Source: Octopus bimaculoides (Eukaryota). Taken from it: a stretch of DNA of 49,591 nt. Shown piece after piece: positions 1-12,250 of the stretch (within the stretch, counting starts at the first letter, position 1; each line of letters starts with the position of its first letter). The translations under genes and the position numbers were made by a program. The stretch spans positions 2,031,735 to 2,081,325 of the forward strand of contig NC_069006.1 of NCBI RefSeq assembly GCF_001194135.2. The letters run 5' to 3'. A model generated the notes under the pieces. It did no database searches. It was given only the letters and a program-made list of their open reading frames with translations, and was not told where the DNA came from.

Positions 1-160
1 GGTGGTGGTGGTGGTGGTGGTGGTGGTGGTGGTGGTGGCAGTGATGATGAAACTGAAGATGATGATGATGATGAGGAGGAGGATGATGATGACGTTGATG
101 GTGGTAGTAGTGGGTGGTGGTGGTGTTGGTAGTGACGGTGATGATGATACTGAAGATAAT
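1..160. repeat. Compound (GGT)n/(GAT)n microsatellite
   Basis: Direct trinucleotide runs. Confidence 0.95.
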
Positions 161-162
161 GA

Positions 163-818
163 TGGAGCTCAGGGCTAAAGGCAGAGAGTGAAGGTTTTAT
201 CTTGGCTGCCCAAGATCAGAGCTTATTAAACCGGAACTATCAAGCCAATGTGATGAAAAACGGTGTAGACCCAAAGTGCCGATACTGCAACGATGGGATA
301 GTAAGGTTTTAGCACCTGTACAGTACACATCAAGACACGACAGAGTGGGCCAATATCTACATTGCATAATGTGTCGGCATTATAAAATCAAAACTTCTGA
401 CAAATGGTACAAGCACCACTCTGAGGCTGTAACTGAGGGAGAAAATGTAACTATTCTTTGGGATTTCTCAGTATGTACAGATCGGACCATCAAGGCAAAT
501 AAACCAGATATTGTTGTGAAAGACAAAAGCAATAAAGTCTGTTTATTGACTGACATGAGCAAACCCTGTGAGCATAATATCTCAGCAAAAGACCTTGATA
601 AGCTCAGAAAATATAAAGATCTGCTAATCGAAATCAAAAACATGTGGCATCTGAAGGCGGTTACAATACCAGTGATTGTAGGAGCACTTGGAATGATCAA
701 AATAGGAACTGAAAATTATTTAACAATGATCCCTGGTTTACCATCTCTACAGGAAGTGCAAAAGATTGTCTTAACTGGTAACAGGTCACACGTATTGAGA
801 AGAGCATTGTCGTTGTAA
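163..818 (+). mobile_element. 5'-truncated, decayed non-LTR retrotransposon (RLE type, R4/Dong-like): zinc-knuckle remnant plus restriction-like endonuclease domain
   Basis: Frame from 163 reads WSSGLKAESEGFILAAQDQSLLNRNYQANVMKNGVDPKCRYC. A deletion/frameshift near 295-305 removes the H..C half of the CCHC knuckle. ORF 276-818 then has RHD, ILWDFSVCTDRTIKANKPDIVVKDK, KYKDL and IPVIVGALG, the typical RLE motifs. Confidence 0.88.
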
Positions 819-1045
819 ATTTTCTTTTCTTTTCCCCCCTTTATTTTATTTGTTTACTTTTCTAATTTTTTTTCCTTTTTCTCTCTGTCTTCCCCTTTTT
901 CTATATCACATGACTCTGTAAATGAACAAACTGGTGTGCCTGTTTAAATAGCCTATCAATGAATACAGTACGCTTTTCTGCCCTAGATGTCAGGAAGACA
1001 CTCGGCAAAAAATAGAAACGGAATTGAAAGAAGATGCTAATGAAA

Positions 1046-1060
1046 ATAATAATAATAATG

Positions 1061-1120
<60 letters not shown>

Positions 1121-1769
1121 TTGTAAAGACTAAAAATTTTAAGAAAGCAGGCCGATATCAACAACAATAATTTTAAAACTGGTTTCTTGATGTTGTTGTT
1201 GTTGTTTTGTCGAAAGTTCTATTATTATGACCAATCGCAAACACAATGTTAGCAACAACAAAAATAACATCGATGACAACATTATTCAGAACGACTAAAA
1301 ACAAGCAACAACAGCAACAATGATATTGAGTCAGGATGCTAGTATTTGTAAAAGAGTAACAATAAAAGGACAACCACGGCAACAACAACAACAACAACGA
1401 CAACAAAAGCTGTTTAAGCAACGGTGACAAAAACATGAATGGCCACAACAACAACAACAACAACAACAGTAACAATTGCAGTATTAGCAGCATGAACAGC
1501 AACAACAATAACAACGAAATCAGGAACATAACAACAACAATAACAACAGCAGCAACAACAAAAGTCACAACAGCATCAAAATAAACAACAACAGTAGCAG
1601 TAGCAGCCGCAGTAGCAGCCGCAGCAGCAGCAAAGACAACAACATTATCAACAACACTAGCAGCAACAACAACAGTAACAAGAGACTCAAGGGCAATAGC
1701 AACAAGAACGGCAGCTGCAGCAGCGGCAGCAGCAGCAGTAAGAAAACCAACAACAGCAGCAACAATAAC

Positions 1770-1834
<65 letters not shown>

Positions 1835-1851
1835 CAACAGCAGCAGCAGTC

Positions 1852-1897
<46 letters not shown>

Positions 1898-1938
1898 CAG
1901 CAGTAGTAGTAGTGGTAGTGGTAGTGGTAGTAGTAGTG

Positions 1939-1975
<37 letters not shown>

Positions 1976-2170
1976 CAGCAGCAGTAAAAGCAACTACAAC
2001 ATTAACAACAACTGCAGTAATCGCAAGCAATTTTAGCAGGGGAAAAGTCATAGCCCTAATGACGACATTCACAACAATAACATCGACAGCAACAACAACA
2101 ACAACAACAACACTAATAACAACGTGAACGGCGGCAGCAACAACAACAACAACAACAACACGAACAAAAT
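1046..2170. repeat. Compound trinucleotide microsatellite block (AAT, CAA, CAG, TAG)
   Basis: Pure and degenerate runs; source of the poly-T/L/V ORFs. Confidence 0.95.
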
Positions 2171-2459
2171 CAACCACAGTAAATTGAAATGCTGAGGTGA
2201 GAGGTGATGAGCGGTTGTGTTACTTGCGTCTTAATTTTAAACAAACAATATAAAAGATGAAGAATACAGTTGGGTGCTTCTAATTGGGTTGTATACAAAT
2301 AGCTTAGAGACATGATTAATGAGCTGTGGTGGCGGTGGTAGCAGTAGAACTGGGCACGGGCATTATAATTACAATGAAAATGTTAATAATGGTGATTGTT
2401 ATCATTAGCACTATTATTATTATTATTATTATTATCATTATTATTATTATTATTATTAT

Positions 2460-2497
<38 letters not shown>

Positions 2498-2551
2498 TCA
2501 ACTTCACCATCATCATCATCATCAGCAGCAGCAGCAATATCATTTGGTGAT

Positions 2552-2700
2552 GGTTTGATTGACAGAATCGTTAGAGCGTCTGACGAAAGCCTTACGGTAT
2601 TTCCTCCGATTCCACTTTGGCCAACTTTGTCGTTCATCTTTTCCGGTGTTGATGAAATGAGTACCAATTCAACACCGGGGTCAAAGTATCCGGCATACAC
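2552..2700 (+). mobile_element. Decayed tRNA-derived SINE, family D (Nin/Deu-domain-like)
   Basis: Head GACAGAATCGTTAGAGCGTC and central AAATGAGTACCAATTCAACACCGGGGTC resemble the better copies at 6348-6554 and 36742-37022. Confidence 0.55.
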
Positions 2701-2855
2701 ATTATTATATCAAGCGTTTTTACAAATCAATATTGTGTTGTACTGTATTAGCAATGTTATTTCCTCACTTGTTAAGATTATCTCTATAGATTTTCTGCAG
2801 AAATTATTCCCAACGCTGATATTGCTACGCCGTTTTCGCATCCGAGATTCCTAAT

Positions 2856-2910
2856 GGCGGTCACCCAGTATGGCCGCAGTTCAATGACTGAAATAAGTAA
2901 AGGATAGAAA
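2856..2910 (+). mobile_element. 3' end of SINE family B/C
   Basis: CCAGTATGGCCGCAGTTCAATGACTGAAATAAGTAAAG matches the tails at about 9125-9175 and 14940-14990. Confidence 0.75.
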
Positions 2911-2940
2911 ACGTACATACAAATATACTTACATGTGTAT

Positions 2941-2976
<36 letters not shown>

Positions 2977-3150
2977 TTGTGAAAGATTATATTAATTTGT
3001 CCTACTTGTTAAAATTCTATTTATTTATTTGTGCAGCTGAAGATGGCACTGCATTTAAATTGATATAATAATTGCATTGTTCAGTTAAATGGATCCGCTT
3101 GAAACAGTCGTACTGCATCACTACTTGATATCATGTTGCTTATTTTGATA

Positions 3151-3194
<44 letters not shown>

Positions 3195-4169
3195 NNNNNN
3201 NNNNNNNNNNNNNNNNNNNNNNNNNNNNNNNNNNNNNNNNNNNNNNNNNNNNNNNNNNNNNNNNNNNNNNNNNNNNNNNNNNNNNNNNNNNNNNNNNNNN
3301 NNNNNNNNNNNNNNNNNNNNNNNNNNNNNNNNNNNNNNNNNNNNNNNNNNNNNNNNNNNNNNNNNNNNNNNNNNNNNNNNNNNNNNNNNNNNNNNNNNNN
3401 NNNNNNNNNNNNNNNNNNNNNNNNNNNNNNNNNNNNNNNNNNNNNNNNNNNNNNNNNNNNNNNNNNNNNNNNNNNNNNNNNNNNNNNNNNNNNNNNNNNN
3501 NNNNNNNNNNNNNNNNNNNNNNNNNNNNNNNNNNNNNNNNNNNNNNNNNNNNNNNNNNNNNNNNNNNNNNNNNNNNNNNNNNNNNNNNNNNNNNNNNNNN
3601 NNNNNNNNNNNNNNNNNNNNNNNNNNNNNNNNNNNNNNNNNNNNNNNNNNNNNNNNNNNNNNNNNNNNNNNNNNNNNNNNNNNNNNNNNNNNNNNNNNNN
3701 NNNNNNNNNNNNNNNNNNNNNNNNATATATATATATATATATATATATATAAAGAAATGGCTCTGACGAAAGAAGCATTAATTCTTTAGGTCGTTCAACT
3801 TTTCTCAGCTGATCAATAGAGCAATTGAGTAAAACTATCTGTAACGAACCTATTATGGTCATTGGAAACGGTTGTAAGCTAAATGTACACCAATAAAGGA
3901 AATATATGCAATGTCCATTATTTATACCTTGTCTTATATATCCGTGTGTGTGTGTAGTTATTTGTGTATATACATATATGTATGTTTATTTGGTTTAGTT
4001 TGTTTAATATGGTGGGGATGGTCACCACCAACACCAAAACCAAGGCCGTGACCTGACCGTCGAACCTCGTAACAAACCGACACAACCACCACCACTACTT
4101 CTCTCTGCCCCTTACATCATCGCCATCAACACCAACAGCAGCAACGCATAGGACAGCACCTATGCACAA

Positions 4170-4451
4170 CCACCACCGCCGCCGCCGCCACCACCATTAT
4201 TACATCAAACCATCACCTTTATCACAGTTTCCAAGGTGACCACTCATACTACCACAACTACAACCATTGCTACCCCCTCCTCCCCCAATGCAACCACAAC
4301 CATCACCACCAACACTGCCAACGCCACAGCTAATATCACCACCACCACTACCACCACCGCCGCCGTCGCCACCACCACCATCAACAGCACCACCACTACC
4401 ACCAACAACACTACCATCATCTTTATCATCATCGACACCACCACCAGCGCC

Positions 4452-4485
<34 letters not shown>

Positions 4486-5450
4486 GCGCCACTACTATTA
4501 CTACTACCATCTCCACCAACACCATCCCCATCACAACCACCGCCACCGCCACCTTCACCACTGCCAGCACCACCACCANNNNNNNNNNNNNNNNNNNNNN
4601 NNNNNNNNNNNNNNNNNNNNNNNNNNNNNNNNNNNNNNNNNNNNNNNNNNNNNNNNNNNNNNNNNNNNNNNNNNNNNNNNNNNNNNNNNNNNNNNNNNNN
4701 NNNNNNNNNNNNNNNNNNNNNNNNNNNNNNNNNNNNNNNNNNNNNNNNNNNNNNNNNNNNNNNNNNNNNNNNNNNNNNNNNNNNNNNNNNNNNNNNNNNN
4801 NNNNNNNNNNNNNNNNNNNNNNNNNNNNNNNNNNNNNNNNNNNNNNNNNNNNNNNNNNNNNNNNNNNNNNNNNNNNNNNNNNNNNNNNNNNNNNNNNNNN
4901 NNNNNNNNNNNNNNNNNNNNNNNNNNNNNNNNNNNNNNNNNNNNNNNNNNNNNNNNNNNNNNNNNNNNNNNNNNNNNNNNNNNNNNNNNNNNNNNNNNNN
5001 NNNNNNNNNNNNNNNNNNNNNNNNNNNNNNNNNNNNNNNNNNNNNNNNNNNNNNNNNNNNNNNNNNNNNNNNNNNNNNNNNNNNNNNNNNNNNNNNNNNN
5101 NNNNNNNNNNNNNNNNNNNNNNNNNNNNNNNNNNNNNNNNNNNNNNNNNNNNNNNNNNNNNNNNNNNNNNNNNNNNNNNNNNNNNNNNNNNNNNNNNNNN
5201 NNNNNNNNNNNNNNNNNNNNNNNNNNNNNNNNNNNNNNNNNNNNNNNNNNNNNNNNNNNNNNNNNNNNNNNNNNNNNNNNNNNNNNNNNNNNNNNNNNNN
5301 NNNNNNNNNNNNNNNNNNNNNNNNNGCTGGCGATGGTTGTTGCGGTCGTAGCAGTGGTGGTGGTTGTGGCGGCAACTTAGGCGGTGGTGGTAGTGGTAGC
5401 GGTGGTGGTGGATGTGGTAGTGATGGTGGTGGTGTTGGTGGTGGTGTATA
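4170..5450. repeat. (CAC)n/(GGT)n low-complexity block around an assembly gap
   Basis: Degenerate trinucleotide repeats flanking the N-run at 4579-5325. Confidence 0.9.
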
Positions 5451-5574
5451 TGATCCTGTCTGTGTGAATCTGTGTGTGTGTATACGTATGTGTGTATGGT
5501 TGTGTATATGTGTATTTTGTTTATTTGTTTGTGTGATGTGATGAATGGTGGATGGTAGGCTTGTTGTTGTTATT

Positions 5575-5660
5575 CATGTTCTTCTTCTTGTTTAGCCCCA
5601 GGCCACTTTTGATCCATCTAACCTATGATCAAAGATATCTCATCCCTGGCCATCTAGCTA
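5575..5660 (-). mobile_element. 3' tail fragment of a retroelement family G ending CTGGGGCTAAA(CAA)n
   Basis: TTGTTTAGCCCCAGG followed by CTATGATCAAAGAT recurs at about 8300 and 47930; the TTTAGCCCCAGG terminus also recurs at about 35870. Confidence 0.6.
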
Positions 5661-5908
5661 TTTTTCTGATTGGATTGTGAATTCTGTATCACAGTATTCA
5701 TCGCCTTCCTTTTTATCCTCTGTAAAACGGTAGGATGTGTGAGTTAAGGGAGATGTCGCTGTCTATTTCTAGCAAACCTACAAGCTCCTTCGTTCGTTCG
5801 TGCATGTTTGAGCGACATGTTTCTCTACACATGCGTGATTGAGTATTGCGTAGTTTTATGTGTACTTCTCTTATGTAGTTTTGTGTGTGTGTAGCTCGTG
5901 TGTATGTA

Positions 5909-5956
<48 letters not shown>

Positions 5957-6013
5957 TGTGTGTGCTTGCGTATCCAGGTTCGCATTTAGCCTACTAAGAG
6001 TGGGTTGGGCATG

Positions 6014-6212
6014 AAGCCGTAGCGAAACCCTAGCGATGCCATAGCGGAGCCGTAGCGAAGGCGTAGCAGAGCTGTAGCAGAGCAGTAGTGGAGGGGAGCC
6101 GTAGTGAAACCATAGGAGAGCCGTAGAGAAGCCGTAGAGAAGCCGTAGCGGAGACGTAGCGGAGACGTAGCGGAGTCGTAGAGGAGCCGTAGCGAAGCCG
6201 TAACGAAGCCAG
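6014..6212. repeat. GC-rich 11-bp minisatellite (consensus about AGCCGTAGCGR), about 17 degenerate units
   Basis: Units AGCCGTAGCGA, AGCCGTAGAGA and AGACGTAGCGG read directly. Confidence 0.9.
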
Positions 6213-6285
6213 AGAAATCAGGACATGGAGAACCTAAGGAAAAGACATGGAGAACCTGAGGAAAGCCTGAAGCTTGTTCCTGCGC

Positions 6286-6317
6286 CTATGCTAACGATTC
6301 TGCCAGATCTCCGCCTT
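6286..6317 (-). mobile_element. Isolated 5' head of SINE family D
   Basis: Reverse complement GGCGGAGATCTGGCAGAATCGTTAGC. Confidence 0.6.
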
Positions 6318-6347
6318 AAAATCAATTGTAATAATAATGTTTTCAAA

Positions 6348-6554
6348 TTTTGGCACAAGGCCAGCAATTTCGAGGAGAGCGAGTAAATCAGTTCCATAAG
6401 CCACGAGTAATTGACAGGCACTTAATTTTATCGACCCCCGAAACGATGAAAGGCAGAGACAACCCCGGCGGAATCTGAACTCAGAACGTAAAGACAAACG
6501 AAATACCGCTAAACATTTTGTCCGACATGCGAACGATTCTCCCGGTTCGCCACC
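6348..6554 (-). mobile_element. Near-full-length tRNA-derived SINE family D (Nin/Deu-domain-like)
   Basis: Head GGTGGCGAACCGGGAGAATCGTTCG; B-box GAGTTCAGATTCC; central GCCTTTCATCGTTTCGGGGGTCGATAAAATTAAGT resembles the Nin/Deu domain; tail GGCCTTGTGCCAAAATTTGAAA. Confidence 0.8.
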
Positions 6555-7007
6555 ACAAGCAGTTATAATATTGACTGTTTAACACTCGTATAACGAAACG
6601 ACGAGAGAATCCGCTGTAGATTGAGTAATATATAGTACACTTTTCGACTCAATTTTCAAATCAATATTTCACATTTATAATTGTATTGCATTATAGCCGT
6701 ATTATTCAAGCATTGATTGGCTACATTCTTATTAACATTAGTCGTATTTTAGTAGAATAATCGTGAAACTAATCAGTGGCATTTCGAATGGTTTTTAATA
6801 TGCAAGTTTGAAGTGGTTACGTTACAAGTTGTTACCATTATTTTCAATCGTTACAAGCGAAATAAAGACTGAAGAGGATACTTGCTACGTTGCAAGTTGT
6901 TACGCAACAACTTGAAACGTACGTGTTAACTGAATTTGAAATATCAATAATTCGTTTTGTCATCTTTATATGTGTGTATACACACATATATAAAGATGAC
7001 AAAACGA

Positions 7008-7048
<41 letters not shown>

Positions 7049-7450
7049 CATATACATATGTATGAATTATTGGTGCGTTAACATTGTTTTGTAAAAAAAT
7101 TTAGCCAAACATTTGAATCTGTTCCGACAGATCCCTCTTTTTTCTGTCCACAAAATTAAGTCTCAGATAGATATATACATATGATTGCACACACATAAAT
7201 ACATAAATACACACACACACACACACACACTTAAATATTCATACATACGTACTACGTATGTATAAACAAAGAGAAATACAAAGATGAGAACATGTGTGTT
7301 AGTCGATGTGATAGCGGTGGTGGTGGTGTGAGCGCGTGCGTTAAGATATGAGAGAAGAGATGATGATATAAAGAAAAGAGGAGGAGGAAAAGATGATATT
7401 TAAACTGAAATGTGATGCTGGGAAGACAGATGGATAGAAAGCGAGCAAAT

Positions 7451-7485
<35 letters not shown>

Positions 7486-8297
7486 AGGTGATGGATGCTG
7501 CAGTCAGGCAGACAGGTAGGCAAGCATCCAGAGAGAGAGTGAGAATAGAGAAATATAGAGAGAGACAGAGAGACAGACAGAGAGACACAGACAAACAGAT
7601 AGACAGAGATAGATAGATAGAGAGAGAGAGAGACAGAGAGAGAGAGAACTACAAGCATACAGATGGAGAATGCATCAGAAAGACAGAGAGAGGGAGTGAA
7701 GGACAGACTCAAATAAAGACATTGAATGAGAAAGGGGAGAGACAGAGAAACAAATATGGCAGAACAAAAAAGCAAAAAAAGAAAAACGAAAATAACAGAA
7801 ATATGAACGCTTACAAAAGTGACTAACAGACAGACAGACAGACAACGTGAGAGAAAAGAAAATGAAGAAAAAAAAACAGACGAAAGGGGAAGCGAGAACG
7901 AGCGAAGAGGATGTTAAAACAGTGAAGTGTATTATTAAAGATCGATTTTTTTTTTAAATTGCGTAAGAGATCGATTTGTTTGTTCGAACTGTCGGCTAAA
8001 CACACACACATGCACACCTACACTCACACCCGCACACACACATACACACACAGACGTATACTTGTAGATACATACTCACGAACATGCGCAGGCATACACG
8101 TACGCATACACTGTTGATATCTAAATTCGAATCAGAACGCGAGGCTGGCTTAGTCGAGGCTGTAATTCTACAACACACAAACAGCAAAGAGCTCAACAAT
8201 CAATGATTAACATAGCAATGCTTTGGTATGAAACAGAGAGAGGAGGGTGGGGCAGACGGACAGACGGGCTGAGAGACGGACAAACAGATTGTGTGTG

Positions 8298-8365
8298 CTG
8301 CTGTTATTTAGCCCCAGGTCAAATCTAATCTAACCGAGCTTATGATCAAAGATGCGCTCCATCAC
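8298..8365 (-). mobile_element. 3' tail fragment, family G
   Basis: TGTTATTTAGCCCCAGGTC...TTATGATCAAAGATG. Confidence 0.6.
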
Positions 8366-8454
8366 CACTCCGCCCCCACACAGTTGGCAGAGCCGTTGGA
8401 GCGTCGGGTTTTCTTTCTTTGTTTTTTGGGTTTTTTTTTTTTATTATCTGCTAT

Positions 8455-8665
8455 CGTTTATATTTTATTTTGTTTCAACCATTGGACTGCGGCCATCATG
8501 GAGTAACGCCTTAAAGGGTTTAGTCGAACAAATTGACCCCCCCCCCACCCCAATATCTTGGCGAGGGAAGCTGGTAGTTATTCCATCGGTCTTTTTTACC
8601 AATCTGCTAGGTTACAGTACATAAACAAACCAACACCAGTTGTCAAGCAGTGGTGGGGCACAAGT
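8455..8665 (-). mobile_element. SINE B/C 3' module
   Basis: Reverse complement CCCCACCACTGCTTGACAACTGGTGTTGG...AAAGACCGATGGAATAACTACC...CCATGATGGCCGCAGTCCAATGGTTGAAAC. Confidence 0.7.
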
Positions 8666-8804
8666 ATGAAGAGACACACATCTATCTTTCGACCTGGGGT
8701 TAGAAATAGAGAACACATTTAAGGTGGATTGTAGGTATTTGACATCTATATCTAGCGTAAAGGTGCTGGCATTCCAACGCCCTTGGTTATAATTACATTT
8801 TTAT

Positions 8805-8862
8805 ATTTTTGTTATTCTTTTACTTGTTTCAATCATTTGACTGTGGCCATACTGGAGCACCG
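8805..8862 (-). mobile_element. 3' end of SINE B/C
   Basis: Reverse complement CGGTGCTCCAGTATGGCCACAGTCAAATGATTGAAACAAGTAAAAG. Confidence 0.75.
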
Positions 8863-8887
8863 ATATACTTTAAAATTATTTTTTCCA

Positions 8888-9180
8888 CCTTGTGAGTGGA
8901 TTTAGTAGACGGAAACTGAAAGAATCCCGTCGTATATGTGTGTGTGTGTGTGTGTATGTGTGTGTGTGTGTTTGTGTTTGTGTTTGTCCCGCCCCCAACA
9001 TCGATTGACAACCGATGCTGGTGTGTTTACATCCCCGTAACATTAGGGGTTCGGCAAAAGAGACCAATAGAATAAGTACTAGGCTTACAAACAATAAGCG
9101 CTGGTGTCGATTTGCTCGACTGAAGGCGGTGCTCCAGCATGGCCACAATTAAATGACTGAACCAAGTAAAAGAAAAAAAG
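8888..9180 (+). mobile_element. 5'-truncated SINE B/C with internal (TG)n
   Basis: Collinear with 14600-14992: GTGAGTGGATTTAGTAGACGGAAACTGAAAGAATCCCGTCGTA-(TG)n-TTTGTCCC...CCAGCATGGCCACAATTAAATGACTGA. Confidence 0.85.
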
Positions 9181-10039
9181 AATGTGTGTATCTACATGTG
9201 TGTGTCCGTAAGTGGGTATTTGTTGACAACACACATCGTCCTTAAAGTTCGTGGTCAAAGGTGAAACAAGCTGTTTAGTGCAATGTCAGATAATTTTGAC
9301 TGCCATGTTGAATAATGGCGCCAATGAACTTTTAATAACGAAGAAAAAATCTTCCGGTTAAATATGGAGAAAATTTAAAAAGCACTTCCATAATCTGCTC
9401 TGTTATCGGTGGTGAATACAAGTAAATTAACACATGTAGTCGTGCAACGCTTTCAGAATCTATGTATGTATATGTGTGTGTTATATGTATATANNNNNNN
9501 NNNNNNNNNNNNNNNNNNNNNNNNNNNNNNNNNNNNNNNNNNNNNNNNNNNNNNNNNNNNNNNNNNNNNNNNNNNTATATATATCTATATACACACGTAT
9601 GTATGTACGTATGTAAATAGACGTCTAAAGGTATATACAATGTATAATACGTACATAAATATATGTGTATATTTTTGTGTATGTGTATAGCTAGATATAT
9701 ATGTGTGTGTGTGTGTGTGTGTGTATGTATATGTATGTATGTATATATGTGTGTGGGGGGGGGTGAGGGTGTAAGCGCCAGCATATGCCTGTGTGTATGT
9801 GTGGGAGAGAAAGTGTATCTAGAGAGAGTGAGAGAAAATAAGAGAGTGAGAGAGATACATCTGCATATACGCAAAATGGTGGGGATATTAAAAATAGATA
9901 TATTTAACTGTGCACAGACGTCCGAATATACGTGTGAACATATGTAAGGGAGATATGCGCACTGATCTATATATTACATATGTATGCACACATACGCACA
10001 TACAAGCTCCTATATGTATATATATATATATGTGTGTGT

Positions 10040-10127
<88 letters not shown>

Positions 10128-11211
10128 GTACATTCAAACATTTAATGTGTATCGGTGATTGGGTATAAACATGTATTTGATTTCATCTATATGGATGTGT
10201 GTATATATNNNNNNNNNNNNNNNNNNNNNNNNNNNNNNNNNNNNNNNNNNNNNNNNNNNNNNNNNNNNNNNNNNNNNNNNNNNNNNNNNNNNNNNNNNNN
10301 NNNNNNNNNNNNNNNNNNNNNNNNNNNNNNNNNNNNNNNNNNNNNNNNNNNNNNNNNNNNNNNNNNNNNNNNNNNNNNNNNNNNNNNNNNNNNNNNNNNN
10401 NNNNNNNNNNNNNNNNNNNNNNNNNNNNNNNNNNNNNNNNNNNNNNNNNNNNNNNNNNNNNNNNNNNNNNNNNNNNNNNNNNNNNNNNNNNNNNNNNNNN
10501 NNNNNNNNNNNNNNNNNNNNNNNNNNNNNNNNNNNNNNNNNNNNNNNNNNNNNNNNNNNNNNNNNNNNNNNNNNNNNNNNNNNNNNNNNNNNNNNNNNNN
10601 NNNNNNNNNNNNNNNNNNNNNNNNNNNNNNNNNNNNNNNNNNNNNNNNNNNNNNNNNNNNNNNNNNNNNNNNNNNNNNNNNNNNNNNNNNNNNNNNNNNN
10701 NNNNNNNNNNNNNNNNNNNNNNNNNNNNNNNNNNNNNNNNNNNNNNNNNNNNNNNNNNNNNNNNNNNNNNNNNNNNNNNNNNNNNNNNNNNNNNNNNNNN
10801 NNNNNNNNNNNNNNNNNNNNNNNNNNNNNNNNNNNNNNNNNNNNNNNNNNNNNNNNNNNNNNNNNNNNNNNNNNNNNNNNNNNNNNNNNNNNNNNNNNNN
10901 NNNNNNNNNNNNNNNNNNNNNNNNNNNNNNNNNNNNNNNNNNNNNNNNNNNNNNNNNNNNNNNNNNNNNNNNNNNNNNNNNNNNNNNNNNNNNNNNNNNN
11001 NNNNNNNNNNTATATATATATATAGTTTTGACTTATGTATAATTAACAAGATAGAAAGAATATAAAAATCAACTGGATGAGCTGTCCAGTCACGCGAAAA
11101 CTTCCAACTTAAGCAAAAACTCGTAAAAGTCAACTTAAAAGAAAACTATCTTTATTTCGCTTTAGAAAACAATGTTTTGATGAAGGAAAAATTATAAAAC
11201 ACACACTGACG

Positions 11212-11255
<44 letters not shown>

Positions 11256-11442
11256 ATTGAGTTTGATTATGTATGTGTATATTGTTCATATGTGTATTTG
11301 TATGTTAGGCTGCGTGTGTTTTTGTATATATTTCATACGCATGTTTCATTTAATGTTACATATGGCGTCACAGGTGCAATAATCTAACGGTGTATTGACA
11401 TGTTGAGTAGAAATATGTTTTATAAATAGATTTTCGTCTCAG

Positions 11443-11533
11443 ATGGAAGCAATGGGTCGACGCTGTAAGTTCCATGTGTCAAGACCTCTGCGCAGTGTAT
11501 TAGAACGCAAAAATTTAGTACACCAAGTTACAC
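11443..11533 (+). CDS. Candidate exon of an unidentified gene (alternative donor after 11464)
   Basis: Acceptor ttttcgtctcAG; donors GCT|gtaagt (11464) or CAC|gtaagc (11533); unique sequence between microsatellites. No protein recognised. Confidence 0.25.
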
Positions 11534-11613
11534 GTAAGCACATATATACACGCTTCCTTTCTTCCTCTCTCTTTCCGTCTCTCTGTCTCACTCTCTCTCT
11601 CTATCTCTCTCTT

Positions 11614-11656
<43 letters not shown>

Positions 11657-11822
11657 TTCTCTCTCTTACACATTCTCATACACAACACAGACAAAAATAC
11701 ATCTACGCGTAAATGTGTCTGTGTGAGAGAGAGAAAGTGCGTTTGCGTATATGAATATGTAATATATATAGTTATGTACATCTAGTTATACACACACACA
11801 CATATGTATATATAAGTTTATG

Positions 11823-11853
<31 letters not shown>

Positions 11854-11895
11854 GAACACATGCATATACAATGTATAGGTATATACAAATAATTT

Positions 11896-11941
<46 letters not shown>

Positions 11942-12198
11942 TACGTACACACGCATACATACACACACACACGCATATATATATTTACTAATATATAGGC
12001 ATATATATCTCCATATATCTATATGTTACAAAATAAGTAGTGTGTATGTGTGTGTTTGTGTCTGTGTATGCGTGTGCGTGTATGAGGGTTTACATGAGTG
12101 CATGCATGCGCGTATGTATTTATATATGTGCGTATGTATGTATGTATGTATGTAATGTAATGTAAAAGATTGAGTCCATTTTTCAGTTTTGTTCGCAG

Positions 12199-12250
12199 TT
12201 ACCGTGTACGTATTAACATTGCAAAAACACAACGACCAATGTATGAGCTG
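12199..12250 (+). CDS. Candidate 52-nt exon of an unidentified gene
   Basis: Acceptor ttttcagttttgttcgcAG and consensus donor CTG|gtgagt. Two frames are open (YRVRINIAKTQRPMYEL or TVYVLTLQKHNDQCMS). Confidence 0.4.

Noticed and set aside
952-1170. Stop-free + frame PINEYSTLFCPRCQEDTRQKIETELKEDAN followed by poly-N
   Set aside because: A third of its length is an (AAT)n tract, the acceptor is weak and no domain is recognised.
1173-2854. Long poly-T/L/V/I ORFs, and similar ORFs at 4200-5541, 17570-20455, 21783-22325 and 48732-49271
   Set aside because: They are in-frame readings of trinucleotide microsatellites, open on both strands, with no domain content.
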